Below the pieces are notes generated by a model, which saw only the letters and a list, made by a program, of their open reading frames with translations, searched no databases and had not been told where the DNA came from. Of a DNA stretch of 64,000 bases, positions 49,291 through 61,746 are shown in pieces. Location: the IMG/VR virus record IMGVR_UViG_3300027901_000002, positions 1 to 64,000 of that record. One strand, written 5' to 3'. The first letter of the stretch is position 1. Each line of letters starts with the position of its first letter. The position numbers and the translations under genes were made by a program. Origin of the DNA: a virus.

Positions 49291-52200
49291 TCATTGTTCA
49301 AATAAACCATCCAATACTATTTTTGTAGAATAAGAAACACATCCATGTTCGTATGTTTCTTCTAATATTTTCATAGCTAAACCATACCACAACCAAAATT
49401 CTCGTTCGTTTCTTTCTGCTACGCATTTTTTAATCTCTTTTACGAGATAATTATCTCTTCTCTTGTCACAAAATCTTGGTTCTAAGAGACAAAACTCACA
49501 TTCGTCATTAGAACCAGGTCTTTTAAGAACTAAATGAGATATTGCTTCTTCACAAAAAGGACAACCTCCAGCTATTATATCGTTGTAATCTTCGAATTTT
49601 TCTAATTTTCCCCATCTTTCTGATATTGATTGTATAGCTAATTCTGAAGCTTTTTCTATTACATCACTCATTTTCTATTTTTCCTCCAAATATTTAGTAC
49701 CAACAACCCCAAACATATTTTTCGAAAGGATAGCGTTTTAAGTGCCAATAATATCGAATAAGAGCCATTATTACTGTGTATTTATTGACTTCCCAACCCC
49801 TAGATGGTTGACCGTGATGGTGTTCTGGTCTTGTCTTCATTTTCCTACTCCAATACTCGTGATTGTATATGTTACCTTTACAATAATACCGTAAAGCGTT
49901 TCTCACCGTCTTTAAAAGGAATTTATGTTCTTCTATTGGAACGAACGGTTTTCTTTTATCCCAATCGTAACAATCCTCTATATGATTGTGGAGCATCCAA
50001 AAAGGAAACATTTTGTTGTAATTACGAGTAATATAGAAGCCATCCCCTTGTGTTGTCCTACAATACCTACATCTTATCGAATAATCGGCACCCATTATTT
50101 TTCCTCCTTTCTATGTCTTTGACACTCCCAATATTCCGCCTCGATTCCTTTTTTAATGTCGGGAAGGCTTATCTTTCCGAAATACCACCATCGGGACAGT
50201 ATTCTCCCAAATAATATTAAGATTATTCCTCTTCTCCCACAACAAGAACATCGTCTCGACAATATACCCGTGTTTTTTATTATCATTTTCTATTTTTCAC
50301 CCACATTATTTTTCCTTCTTTTTTAAGTTTTATACACGTTTCGAAAACTTGTCTCGCGTCCAAATTGTGTTCGAACGCTATATCGCTTGGATAAATAGTT
50401 TCGTTTTGATGTTCGTCTAAATACATTAAAATAAATTTTTCCAAATCTTCCTGATACCATTCTTCTTTTCTTACGTCGTGCCAAATCCAAGCGTGAAAAT
50501 GAGGTCTCCAAATTACGTGAACCTCCCATCTTAAAAATTTAAACCAGAATCCTATTTTTTGGAAATATCCGTTGTACATTTTTCCAAATTCTATAAACTC
50601 TTTAATTCTACACATTTTTATCCTTTACTTTTTTTATAATAAGTACAATTTTTAGGTTTAAATCCTATTATTATTAAATATTTAAACTGACATTTTTTGT
50701 AATGTTCGCAAGTTTTACAAAACTCGTCGCTCATTTGTTACCACTCGTACTTACAATCAGTACAAAGGTGCTTCTTTTTGTACATTGGTTTTTGACCATA
50801 ACCAAAATGATATAACGGTTTATCTAAATCGTCCCATTCTTGGATGTGCTTTGGATTGTTGTTTCCACACATCGGACAAGTAGTTTTATTTACCATTCTT
50901 CACCACACTCGTCACAAACATATCCTTTGTTTGCTAATAAATTACTTTCAAACTCTACAAATTTTCCATTTTTATCGTAATAAGCTACTCCGCCTTCCCA
51001 CCAAAGAATTTTATCACTACCACAAACGTAGCAATATTCTCCGCGCTCTCTTAAAACAATTCTTAAATTCTCGATAAAATTGAGAAAATTACAAAACGGA
51101 TTTAAGTATTTTGTCGAGTATTTTTTTATGTTCACGATCTTCCCACTTGTTGTAATTTTTATTTATACAGGCAATTTTAACAATAGATTCGCACGGATTA
51201 TATGCACAAGTTTGACAAGGATCGTGCGTACAATCTATATATCCAGTAGCCTCGTATTCTCCTTTAAAATGTTCACACTCTGTTAGTACACAAATGTTTG
51301 GAGATACATAACACCAATATTTACTACAATAAATTTCTTCTCTTATTATAATTTTTTTCTTCAATTTAACCACTAATTGAAACTATCCCTTTTTTGCGTT
51401 TTCTATCTTTCACAACCTTTAAAAATTTTCTAATTGTAGCTTCGTTCACGTTTCTAAAAATCGTGTGTTCGAAATCGTACCTAAATTCTTTAATTCCAGT
51501 TTGTAAGAAATTTTCAAGTATATTTACCAATCTACTTTCTTTTTTTATCCCACAATATCTCGTATCTGTTGTTACCCCTATCCACCATTTCATTTCGTGG
51601 ATTCTTTTCCAAATCAAATCGAGAGTTTTTCTTACGTCCCGTTCGTTGTCGTTAATTTCCCAAAACTCTTCTGGAAATATTTGAGTAAAAATTCTTTTTT
51701 CTTCTTCGTTAGTATAAAACGGATTGTAAGGAATGTTTATCAAATCTCTATCGTATCCTTTCGGATGTAGTATTACTTTATACGAATCTTTTGTTTTTAT
51801 TATAAACTTTAGAGAGTTTTCTAGGAATTCTGCTATTTTAAAGTATCTAAACAAAACAACTTCTAACTTTCTATACATTTCAAATTCTTTTGAAACTTCC
51901 ATTTTTTACATCAACCAAATTTTATACAAAAAAAATTAGGTAAAATAAGTTTTACCGTTTGCTCCAAACTTCTTCATTAGATCGTCGTAGTTTTCTTTTA
52001 CGTGTTCTAGCGCTTCGTGTGCTTCCTTTTTTACGATTTTTGGAGTAACTTCTTTAATTTTTTCGGTTAAATACTCGAGTGATTTAACCATATATTCTTT
52101 TAAGTGTTTGAAATTTGTTTTATGGTCGTAGAAATTAGCAAGAGTAGCTTTATGCGCTTTATAAATTTCCACATAAAAATCTGCAAAACAAAAAGTACTT

Positions 52201-55200
52201 TTTTCTATAAAATCGTCCATAATATGTCCAAAATGAATATATCGACCAACTATTTTTTCAGAGTTAAACTTTTTCGAGTATTTTTCGAACTCTTCGTTGC
52301 TCATTTAATATCTATATCCCATTTCTCTTATTGTTTTAAGAACAGGACAATCCAGACACCAATCGTCCTCGTATAATCCCTCCACTCTTGTTAAGGCACA
52401 TATAAATTCGTTAAGAAAAACTCCATTTAAAACTTTAGCAACTGTTAAATAATTACAGTTTTTATAAAAACCTAAATTGCTTAGAAATAGTTTTATTAAG
52501 TATTTGTTTTTCCGTAGCTTCCGATAGTAAGCGCCCGTGTCTGCGCCACTGCACTCATTCTTTATTGGAGTCAATCTAATAACGTGTTTTATTACAACTG
52601 AATCCATTTACATCGCCACAGTAATAAGAAGAATAACAAGGAATATTAAACCACACAACATAGACGATGCGTAGAAAAATATTCCGAGTGCTCCGAGAAA
52701 TTTTGATAGTTTTGGTCTTTTATCTTTGTAAAACGAAGAAAATCCTTCGAGTAAAAATATTAAACAAAGAAAAATCCAAACTAACAAAATAAAAAAAGTC
52801 AGCATTATACAATATCCTTTGGATCTATTTTTTTACCAATCGGGACGGAGTAGCCTTTTTTATTCTTACCAGTTTTGCGAATCTCTTGTCCTCCGCATTC
52901 GTCGGAGTCTTTCCATTGACAAGTTTCGCATTTTTCTAAACCCCAGAATTGAACATCCCAACATTCGGCTGTTAATTTTGATTGGTCAGCTTGCCTTGCT
53001 TCCGTTATTTTTTCAAATTCTCTTTTCGTTAAATAAAAATTTGTCTTTCCAAAATGAGGCATTTTATTCAACTTCCTTTTCTTTCCATTTTTCTAAAATA
53101 GGTTTTACTTTTTCTTCCAATAATAATTCTAAGTTTCTATCTTTATCTGTAAAATACACTCTTGCGATAATATTACATTCTTTAAAATGATTTTCGTCTA
53201 TTTCTGTCCCTTCTTTTATTAAAAGGATTAATTCTTTTCCAATTTTTTTTGCGTGTATTAATTCTTCTACACAAAGAGGGTCTAAAAAATATTCGTCTGA
53301 AATTACTAAAATAACGCCCTTACATTCTTCCATTTTTTCCTTCCAAGGCCCTCTTCCTACCGTTATATTACTTTCTTTTTTTTCTTTCAAAATTCCTTAC
53401 CACAACCACAACAATAAATATAGACTGTTTCGCATTCCATTCCTATGTTAGTTTTGTCTATTTTTCGACAGGGTAACGTGAATTCTGCGTATTCGTGTTG
53501 AGTCCTTTCCCATTCGAAATTCTTAGAGCCGCATTTTGGACAACATTCTATATCCGTTAATCTATCAATAATATATTTTACAAATTCTTCTTCTTCGCAT
53601 TTATCCATTTAAATCAACAATTGTAAGTGTCTTGAAAAATTATTTTGTTACAATTTTTACATTTAATAACAATATAATCGTGATATTCTGGAAAAAAATT
53701 GGAGTCCAATTTTTTAATGTAATCTTCTTCTACTCCAAAACTAAACACGCCTAAATCCATTTCTATGGAACCGTAAAATTCTGTACAACCACATTCACAC
53801 GATATTCCTTCTTCGTCTAAAATTTGGAGTAGGTATTCTTTTAATCCTTTCTCAAAATCTGACATCTAAATCAACTTGTCTATTATTTCTTCATTCATCG
53901 TACAATACCTTCCCACAACAATTACAGTTTATTTTGTGATGTCCATGTGGATAAATTTCGTAAGGATGGTCGCTTATAACTTTACCTTTTTTATCGATAT
54001 TTATAAAAGTACTAATTGTTACGCAGAATTCGTCGTTTCCACAATCTGGACACTCTGGTTCGTCCAATTCTTCAATTAGCCACTCAAATTCACTCATTTT
54101 TTTCACTTTTTAAGTATGATTCTATACTGTTATAAGAGGAAGTGCGTTCTGTGTTACAGCTCGTGCACTTCCACGTGATTTTGACGAGGTTACCTTCTCG
54201 TTGTATTTTTATTCTTTTCCAATTATGATGACAAATTCGATAAGACACCTATCATCACAACAATTATGGCAATTAAGATAAATATTATGCAGACGATACA
54301 ACCACAATACCAAGCTTTTTCGTGTGGTTGTTCGCGACTCATTGTTTAATGCCTAAAATTTTATAACTTCCGTCTTCATTTACTTCTATTTCAATTCCAA
54401 TCTCACATAAACAATAAGCGAAATTGCAGCTTATTGCGTCTTCGCTAAGTCCAATTTGTAATCCTTTTTCCCACATACTGTCTTTGTTTGAATGGAGATA
54501 TATAACAGTTTTGTAAGGAAAAATTGGCTTTTCTTTCAAATATAATTTTATTCCACAACGAGGACAATATTCGTCCCCATATTTATGTTCGCAATTCATT
54601 TTAATCCTTCCTATTATAAACAGAAACTTCGTTCCCTTTTATTATAACTCTAAATTTTGAGCCGCAATTTTTGCATTCACAATCACATCCTTTGTAAAGG
54701 GGCATTAATTTTAACTCAATTTTCGTTTTACAGTCTGGACAATTAAATTCAATCATTTTTTTCCAACTAATCCTTTTAAAATTTCTTCTGTTGTGTGGTC
54801 TTCTTGATGCCACATCATCCTATCAGAGATAGGAGGCACGTTAAAAACGTAATTAATAAGAAATTGTCCGAGTCTCATGTCTGGACAACGCTCCCACGCT
54901 TCTTTCAACAGAGAAGTTATTACTTCTATTCTTTTTTGGTCTCGCATTTTAATTCGTTTATCGCGTCTTCTATATGTTGTTTAAACAATTCTTTTTTAAA
55001 CCCAAAATTAGTATTATCGAGTTTGTCTTTAAAAGGAATGTAAAGCATACTATCTAATTTGGCACACAGCCAACAAATCATTCGTTCGTGTTCATCCTTT
55101 CCTCTATAATAAGATTTTGAGTAGTGATATCTTTTTATTTTTTTTATGTAAAAATACCAGAGTAATTCTGTAAAATAGGTTGTTTGTTTTGTGTGTTTAG

Positions 55201-56852
55201 TAGATTTATCTCTTACATCTTTTCCAAAAACTTTCATAGTTTTATCGTATATAAAATCCAATTCTCTATGCGTAATATGTAGATCGAGTCTTCTATCTCT
55301 TTTGTTTATTTATATCACCTTTTAAATCATTTTGTATAGATTGTACTACATCAAACATGTGAGGATTAAACTCTCCAAAATCTTTTACAAATTCTACTAT
55401 TTTATTGTGGTGCCTACGAGCTTTAATTTTGGAATGATATCTTTTCATATATATTTCTTTGCCGTTTTTAAAGATCATTGTTTCATATTTTCCTCCAATG
55501 TGTTTAAAAGATTTTTCCATTATTTTGTACATAGTTGGTGTTACAATATGAAAAGGATCGAAAAAATGTAAACAAACGGTCGAAATGTAATAATCACCAA
55601 ATTTTCTCCTCAATTGCCATTTAATTTTTGGTCTATACATTAGAAACACATTAAGAAAATAAGTCTCATTGGCATCGTAATTAAACAATAACCAATCCAA
55701 CATAACCCTACAAAACCACAAAAATCGTTGTCTTTTTGTACGCCTATTATTATCAAAATAAATCCAGCAAAACCAATTAAACTAGGAACTAATAAAAACC
55801 ACGCTAATATTTCGAATGTAATTTCGATCATCTTAATAAATGTAATTTCATTTGTCTTTCGAGACACAACCCTACAAAATATTCTGGAACGATATATAAA
55901 CCCCAAACGACGAGCATTAAATTATGTCTTGTGTTTTGATTTAAACTAATCATTTTCGATGTCCTCTTCGTATAAAACATTCAGAATGATTAAATCTACC
56001 GAGATATTCTACGATGTTGTCTTTTTCTTGGAATCTTTCTCTACATATGTAGCAAAAATTCCAAATCATAAATGTTGTTACCATATCCCACAAACCTTTA
56101 AGAAACATTTTTATCCTTTTTTATAATCCATTTGTAAATTCCTTGAACATCGATACAAATTCCAGGCGCGTAAATAATAAATACCAACGACCAGACTTGT
56201 AGTGTGATAAAAAATATTAAGAAAAAAGTGTCTGTACAAAGCCAAATAATCCAACACCATTTAATCTTTCTTGAGGCTAAAAAAAAGCCAAATTGAGACC
56301 AAATAGCAAAAATCCAATCAATCATCTTCTTCCCATTTTTTAGCGCATTCGTCGCATCCAACGCCCCACACTCGTTCTTCTCCGTCTAACTCGTAAAAGA
56401 GCAGATTTATTTCTTCTGTAAGAATTAGAGCGTTGCAAGCGTCGCAAACGATTTGATCGTCTGGAACATTACTTATATTTTCCGAGACAACGAATCCTTT
56501 TTCGTTTAAATGAGTAAAAGTAATTTTTCTATTTTTAAACATGGGATGGTGTCTCGATACTTTCTTGGTCGGCATCTTCAATCGCGTCCAATATTTCAAA
56601 TTTTTCTAAATCTTTAAATACAGCGTCAATAACAACTTTTCTTATGTATTGACTTTTAGAGCTATACAATTCTGTAAAATATGTATTTATAATATCTACT
56701 ATTCGTGGAGGCAAAAACAACGAACAATTTATCATTTTTTTACACTTTGGACAAGTCCATTTCTTTTTATAGGGAATCCAACCGTTTATTTTTGCTTCCA
56801 CTTTTGAAAAGTATTTTTCTTCGACGCCGCATCTTTTACATTTTATTATCAT
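49291..56852 (-). other. Array of about 25 small coupled ORFs, many CxxC zinc-binding or single-TM
   Basis: Tightly overlapping 60-180 aa ORFs typical of viral accessory/early regions. Confidence 0.7.
54753..54947 (-). CDS. Small phage protein (RD..RI...PD.RLGQ family), paralog 1
   Basis: MRDQKRI...W...PDMRLGQFLIN...MWHQEDH.TE. Confidence 0.7.
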   Translation of the reverse strand: MRDQKRIEVITSLLKEAWERCPDMRLGQFLINYVFNVPPISDRMMWHQEDHTTEEILKGLVGKK

Positions 56853-56954
56853 TTTTGTTCTTCTTTTTAAATACTTTTAAACAATTTTCACAAATGTAAG
56901 CTTTATGATGTGATATTTTTGTGATATTTTTTGACCCACAATAAGGACATTTTT

Positions 56955-58658
56955 TTAAACCAAACAATTTATTAACAACCTTCCAAATTTTAAAAGTGTT
57001 CCTATTAACTCTCGCGGACGATAAGTATATACCGTCGTAAAATTTCCTCGTCCATACATCTCTAATAAATGACGACCGTGTGCATCAATACTAAAAGCAT
57101 ATATTCCTTTAACCATTTTTTTTGCTTTGTATATTTCAAAAACCGCCTCTTCCATTCCGTATCCGTTGTGACCAGCAGGTTGTCCATCTGAAAAAACTAT
57201 TATATAACCGCCTTTATTTTTGTTTGCCTCGTATAAAACAGAAGTACCGTCTAGGTTTTCATAAATGTTTTTTCTACTACCAAATTTATCAAACAATTCT
57301 GGTTTAGTATCTTCGTCAAAATCTTTCACTACAACATTATTAGCACGAGAGTTTCCACTAAAAAGTACAACTCTTATATTAGCAATGTCTTGAAGAGCTT
57401 CATTAAAAACAACCACTGCTTTTTTAGCAGTATGTGCTTTTTCATCTGGTTTAGTATGACTTCCAAACATACTTCCAGAAATATCTACTAAGAGAGTTAT
57501 TTTTCGTTGTATTAATTTATCTTTTTTAGAAAAGACTTTTTTGTAATCAGAAATAATTGCTCTTACAAACATGTTGTTTAGTCGCCCCCTTTTTCTAAAC
57601 TTTTGCGGGTCAGCTAATTTTTGTTTAAAATAGTGTCGCAAATTGTTTATTACACTAAAAAATTCATTAACTATTTCTTTATATGTTGGATAACTTTCAT
57701 AATTCTCCATTGGCGCAAATTTTATTTGTTCTTCTGTACATCTTCTAGTTTTTAAAAAAGAACCAGGATTATAAACCAATTTATTAAAATGATTTTTCAA
57801 TTTATCGTGGATATCTTGAACATCGCCGTTTTTAAATTGTGGGTAATACATACATAATTTTTTAATGATTTTTTGTTTTTCTTCTTCGTCTAATTCTGAT
57901 AATAATTTTATCAATTTTTGTATTAAATCGTCTATATCATCTTTAGTATAAAAATTTGGGTTGTGTTTTCTATCAAAATTAAATTGGGGAAATGTTCCTA
58001 GCGAGCCAGGTTTAGAACGATCACCATCACATGATTGTTGTGATGGAGGTGGAGACTCTTTTTTTGGCAAATCTTCTTTTTCTTTTTGTATTAATTTACC
58101 AATCATATCAGCAGCAAAAACAGTTGCCATCGTAGTTCTATTTTGCTGTATTATTTCTTTTGCTTTATCTATTACTTCGAGTGCGTTTTCGCTAATTTTA
58201 CCTTGAAAATTTTCTACCAAATCTTCGTAATACGCAGCTAAATCCATAAAAAATCCGTCTTTTCCTGGTCGATATAATTCCAAAGTTTCTAACAATTTTT
58301 TTCTAAAAGGTCTATAAAATCCAGGAAACATATACTTGTTTATTGTATTTATCCGCAAATCTTCGATAATATTTACTAAACTTCTTGCGTCTTGATGCGA
58401 AAGATTGTATTTGGCTTCTAAAAATTGCGGTAAATAATAATTTATTTGCTCAGTGAAGCTTCCATGTCCAATATGACCACCCTCGTGAATTACATACCCT
58501 TCAGACAAAGGTAAATCTTCATTTGGGAGGAAAAGGGAGTGGTTGTCGCAACACGGACTTGTGACGTCTCCTATTACTATTTTAATTTTACGTAAGCCGC
58601 TTACCCGTATTGCTAATCGCTTTAAAGTTTCGAGTTCTACTTCTGTAAATCTTGTCAT
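56955..58658 (-). CDS. vWA-domain protein with N-terminal HExxH (CobT/NorD-like)
   Basis: HEGGH, NIIEDLRI, GRL, LLVDISGSM (MIDAS), FSDGQP. Confidence 0.88.
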   Translation of the reverse strand: MTRFTEVELETLKRLAIRVSGLRKIKIVIGDVTSPCCDNHSLFLPNEDLPLSEGYVIHEGGHIGHGSFTEQINYYLPQFLEAKYNLSHQDARSLVNIIEDLRINTINKYMFPGFYRPFRKKLLETLELYRPGKDGFFMDLAAYYEDLVENFQGKISENALEVIDKAKEIIQQNRTTMATVFAADMIGKLIQKEKEDLPKKESPPPSQQSCDGDRSKPGSLGTFPQFNFDRKHNPNFYTKDDIDDLIQKLIKLLSELDEEEKQKIIKKLCMYYPQFKNGDVQDIHDKLKNHFNKLVYNPGSFLKTRRCTEEQIKFAPMENYESYPTYKEIVNEFFSVINNLRHYFKQKLADPQKFRKRGRLNNMFVRAIISDYKKVFSKKDKLIQRKITLLVDISGSMFGSHTKPDEKAHTAKKAVVVFNEALQDIANIRVVLFSGNSRANNVVVKDFDEDTKPELFDKFGSRKNIYENLDGTSVLYEANKNKGGYIIVFSDGQPAGHNGYGMEEAVFEIYKAKKMVKGIYAFSIDAHGRHLLEMYGRGNFTTVYTYRPRELIGTLLKFGRLLINCLV

Positions 58659-58660
58659 CT

Positions 58661-59743
58661 TTATAATTGTTCTATAAGACGAGGTTTAAAATCAATACCT
58701 TTTAAAAATTCTTCGACAAATTTTTGTTCTTTTTCGTCTTCAGACAATTTATTAACAATAATCGCTTGTACGCTTTGCTTCAAAAATCTTTTTCCCATTC
58801 TGGCTACAATTGAAGCAAAATTGACACACATTCTCGTTGAAAACAATCTGTTCAACGATTTATCTATTAAGGCGGCTTTTCTTAAATGGTCAGCCGCTTC
58901 TACGACGACTGAGGCAAATCCTTCAGAACAAGGAACATTTCTCGTAATAATTTCTATTTCTTTTCTTTTTTCTGGATAGTCAAATTTCCAACCTATTGGA
59001 AACCTATCGTTAAAAGCTTCTTGTAATTCGTTAATTCCAAGTACATTAAAATTAACTGTCGCGATTACAATTAATTTTGCGTCTGAATTTAAACCGTGTC
59101 GTTCGCTAGATTTTGATATTAAGTTTAAATGTCCCTCGGATAAAATTCCATTAAGAGAAATCTGTTCTGGCGTTTGAATTGTATTTGCTTCGTTTATAAT
59201 TAAAAAACAAATTCCGTTTTTGTTTGCTTCTTTAACGGCTAAAACTAAAGGGCCGTAACTAAATCGAGTTTGTCCATTAATTATTTCCCAACAACCCTCT
59301 AAATCTCTTCTGTCTAATTGAGGACTTCCATCTATTATGAAGTATCTTGAATTAAAGTGTTTCGCTAACGAAATTGCGAGTAGAGTTTTACCAGTACCTG
59401 GAGGGCCGCTGAGTAATATACCAAGACTTTTTCCTTGTTCAGCAATTTTTATACATTCCATTAGATAGTCGAGTTCTCTCCCTTGTTGAACATATCGTTG
59501 TTCTTCACAATACCTTCTTCTATTTTGTTTTTTTGCAAAATGTGCTTGTTTTGCAAATTCTATGGCTTTGTCTCTCCTTAAAATAGTTTTTGTATGTTTT
59601 TTAGTCCAAAAGAAAGTTTCGCCACATTCTAAACATTCTATAACATAATCTCCGTCGTCTCTGTTTCTTATTTTAAGACAATTAGTGTGACAATCTTGAC
59701 ATTTCATGTTACGAAGCGATTGTCCTAATCTTTTATCTACCAT
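58661..59743 (-). CDS. MoxR/CbbQ/NirQ-like AAA+ ATPase with N-terminal Zn ribbon
   Basis: GPPGTGKT, GPL..A, INEAN, AT.N, AF.DRF, STR. Confidence 0.9.
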   Translation of the reverse strand: MVDKRLGQSLRNMKCQDCHTNCLKIRNRDDGDYVIECLECGETFFWTKKHTKTILRRDKAIEFAKQAHFAKKQNRRRYCEEQRYVQQGRELDYLMECIKIAEQGKSLGILLSGPPGTGKTLLAISLAKHFNSRYFIIDGSPQLDRRDLEGCWEIINGQTRFSYGPLVLAVKEANKNGICFLIINEANTIQTPEQISLNGILSEGHLNLISKSSERHGLNSDAKLIVIATVNFNVLGINELQEAFNDRFPIGWKFDYPEKRKEIEIITRNVPCSEGFASVVVEAADHLRKAALIDKSLNRLFSTRMCVNFASIVARMGKRFLKQSVQAIIVNKLSEDEKEQKFVEEFLKGIDFKPRLIEQL

Positions 59744-60484
59744 TTACATCAATTCTAATTGTAGTTTCGTTGCTATTATTTTAATTTCTTGTAAGTGTTT
59801 AACGAACAATTTTTTAAATCGTTCTTCGTGAATACCATTAATAATTGATTTTAACCATTCCATTGTGCCTAATAATCCTTTCCAATATTCTTGTATAATC
59901 AAGGCAGTTTTTTCTACTTTTTGAACAAAATAATTACATAAATGTTCTTCTTCGCTTTTTGACATTTTAAACATCTATTATTGCTATTATTGCTATAAGT
60001 GCTAAAATTACCAAAAATATACCTAATTCTATTAGTGCGGCATAAATTCCAAACATTACGAATTCTCCAAACAATATGTCGCCGTATGGAGTCGTCCAAA
60101 AATTTATAGACAATAAAATTAAATAAATAATCCACCAAATCAAAACTACTAAACTTCCCACGTAATTTTTTTCAGTCATATTTTTTTCGCACTTCTTCTA
60201 TATCTACTTCTGTAATTACAAAACCTTCTTTAATAAACTGTTCGATGTCTTTTTTAACAATACTTTCTTTATCCCACCAGCATTCACAACCCCAAACGAT
60301 CTTGCCGTTGTCAAGAAGAATTTTTGGATTTAATTGCCCTAACGCTCTCACAATTGGCGCTACACCTCTTGCGTTTTCGTCTGGGGTTTCGTATCCAATT
60401 AACTCTCCATACCCTAAAAATTCTACTTGTTTATTGTCGTCGTCTATTGATAAAAAAGCACCAACTCTTATATTTTCCGACATT

Positions 60485-61396
60485 TTAAATCTTATTTAAC
60501 AATAAATTGTTGTCTTCTAATAACTTTAAAAATTCTTTTGGACGCGTTCTATTTAAATGTTCTTTTCCATTTCCAAAATTTCGCGCCAAAAATCTTAAAT
60601 AATCCATTATAGTTCCTCGAGTAAGATAACGCCACTGTTCTTCGTCTCCAGAAAAATCCTTTATGTAAAGTTCGTGGTTAAATTTAACAGCAACAATATG
60701 ATAGTCTCTATACCAACTTCTTTGTTTAAAGAAGTAAATTGTTCCTCTGATTCTAAGCCACATTGTAAATGATGTATACCACGTATCGGCTATCTGGCGA
60801 AATCCCTCGTCGATTCGAGTGTGTATTTCTAACGCTTTTCTTCTTCTTTCCATTTCTTTATCGTACGCTTCTAATTGAGACATTTTATCTCTTAAGTAAG
60901 GGGAAGCAGATATTTCTTCTGGAGTAAAACCAAATTTTTTGTAAAATCTCCAACCGTCGTAAGTCGACGGGCTCGGAATGAAATAATCTATTAATTTTTT
61001 GTTTGCAATATATTTTTCGTCTATTTGTTTTATCAAAAATTCTTTGTATTTTGGATTTGCCAACGACAATTCTTTTAACAAAGGCCACGACAAACTACTA
61101 TGCAGCAAACGACAATCGCAATCGTGCTCTATCCACGCTTGTAAATTAGAACAATGTCCCCAAAATTCGTCTTCTGGAGGAATTTTAAATTGTGTGGCTT
61201 GATATTCTGTTTGATATGTACTCAAATCGTCTATCGACTCTATTTTATTTATTTTGTCGAAATTGCTTGGAGTGAGAACTACCAATAAATATTTACACAT
61301 GCTTATGTACTTATCGTTTATGTAAATATTTGTTTTTTTGCCTTCTAATTTAACTTCCATTTCTTCAGTAATTTTATAACATAATGATTCTGTCAT
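60485..61396 (-). CDS. Protein with the Lokiarchaeia-type CKYLL / EFWGHCSNLQAW domain
   Basis: LEGKKTNIYIND....CKYLL...IESID...I.PEDEFWGHCSNLQAW.E.....RLLHS.L..PLLKEL. Confidence 0.75.
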   Translation of the reverse strand: MTESLCYKITEEMEVKLEGKKTNIYINDKYISMCKYLLVVLTPSNFDKINKIESIDDLSTYQTEYQATQFKIPPEDEFWGHCSNLQAWIEHDCDCRLLHSSLSWPLLKELSLANPKYKEFLIKQIDEKYIANKKLIDYFIPSPSTYDGWRFYKKFGFTPEEISASPYLRDKMSQLEAYDKEMERRRKALEIHTRIDEGFRQIADTWYTSFTMWLRIRGTIYFFKQRSWYRDYHIVAVKFNHELYIKDFSGDEEQWRYLTRGTIMDYLRFLARNFGNGKEHLNRTRPKEFLKLLEDNNLLLNKI

Positions 61397-61400
61397 AATC

Positions 61401-61649
61401 TTAAGTTTTTGCGTCTTTTTTGGATTGATTCGACAACATTTTTTTTAATAAGCGTTCCGTTTCGTGGTCTTCTTGATGCCACATGTTAGAGCTTTGTGGA
61501 GGCGGAACAAAAAAAGTAAAATTAATAAGCAATTGACCTAATCTCATGTCTGGAAAATATTTCCACAATTTTCCAAGAGATTCTAAGATTCTGTCGATCC
61601 TCGCTGGATCTCTCGTAATTTCTTTTTCTTTTTTGTAAATTCTAAACAT
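61401..61649 (-). CDS. Small phage protein, paralog 2 of 54753-54947
   Basis: RDPARI...W...PDMRLGQLLIN...MWHQEDHETE. Confidence 0.7.
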   Translation of the reverse strand: MFRIYKKEKEITRDPARIDRILESLGKLWKYFPDMRLGQLLINFTFFVPPPQSSNMWHQEDHETERLLKKMLSNQSKKDAKT

Positions 61650-61662
61650 AATCGTGAAAGGT

Positions 61663-61746
61663 GAAACTTGGAAGTGGTACAAGGAGGAGGGGTTGATTAT
61701 CCAAAATAGTGATACGAACTAAAATTAAAACCACTTCCTAAGTTTC
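61663..61746 (-). other. Long intergenic stem-loop (16 bp, one bulge)
   Basis: GAAACTT-GGAAGTGGT (61663-61678) pairs with ACCACTTCC-T-AAGTTTC (61730-61746). Confidence 0.6.
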
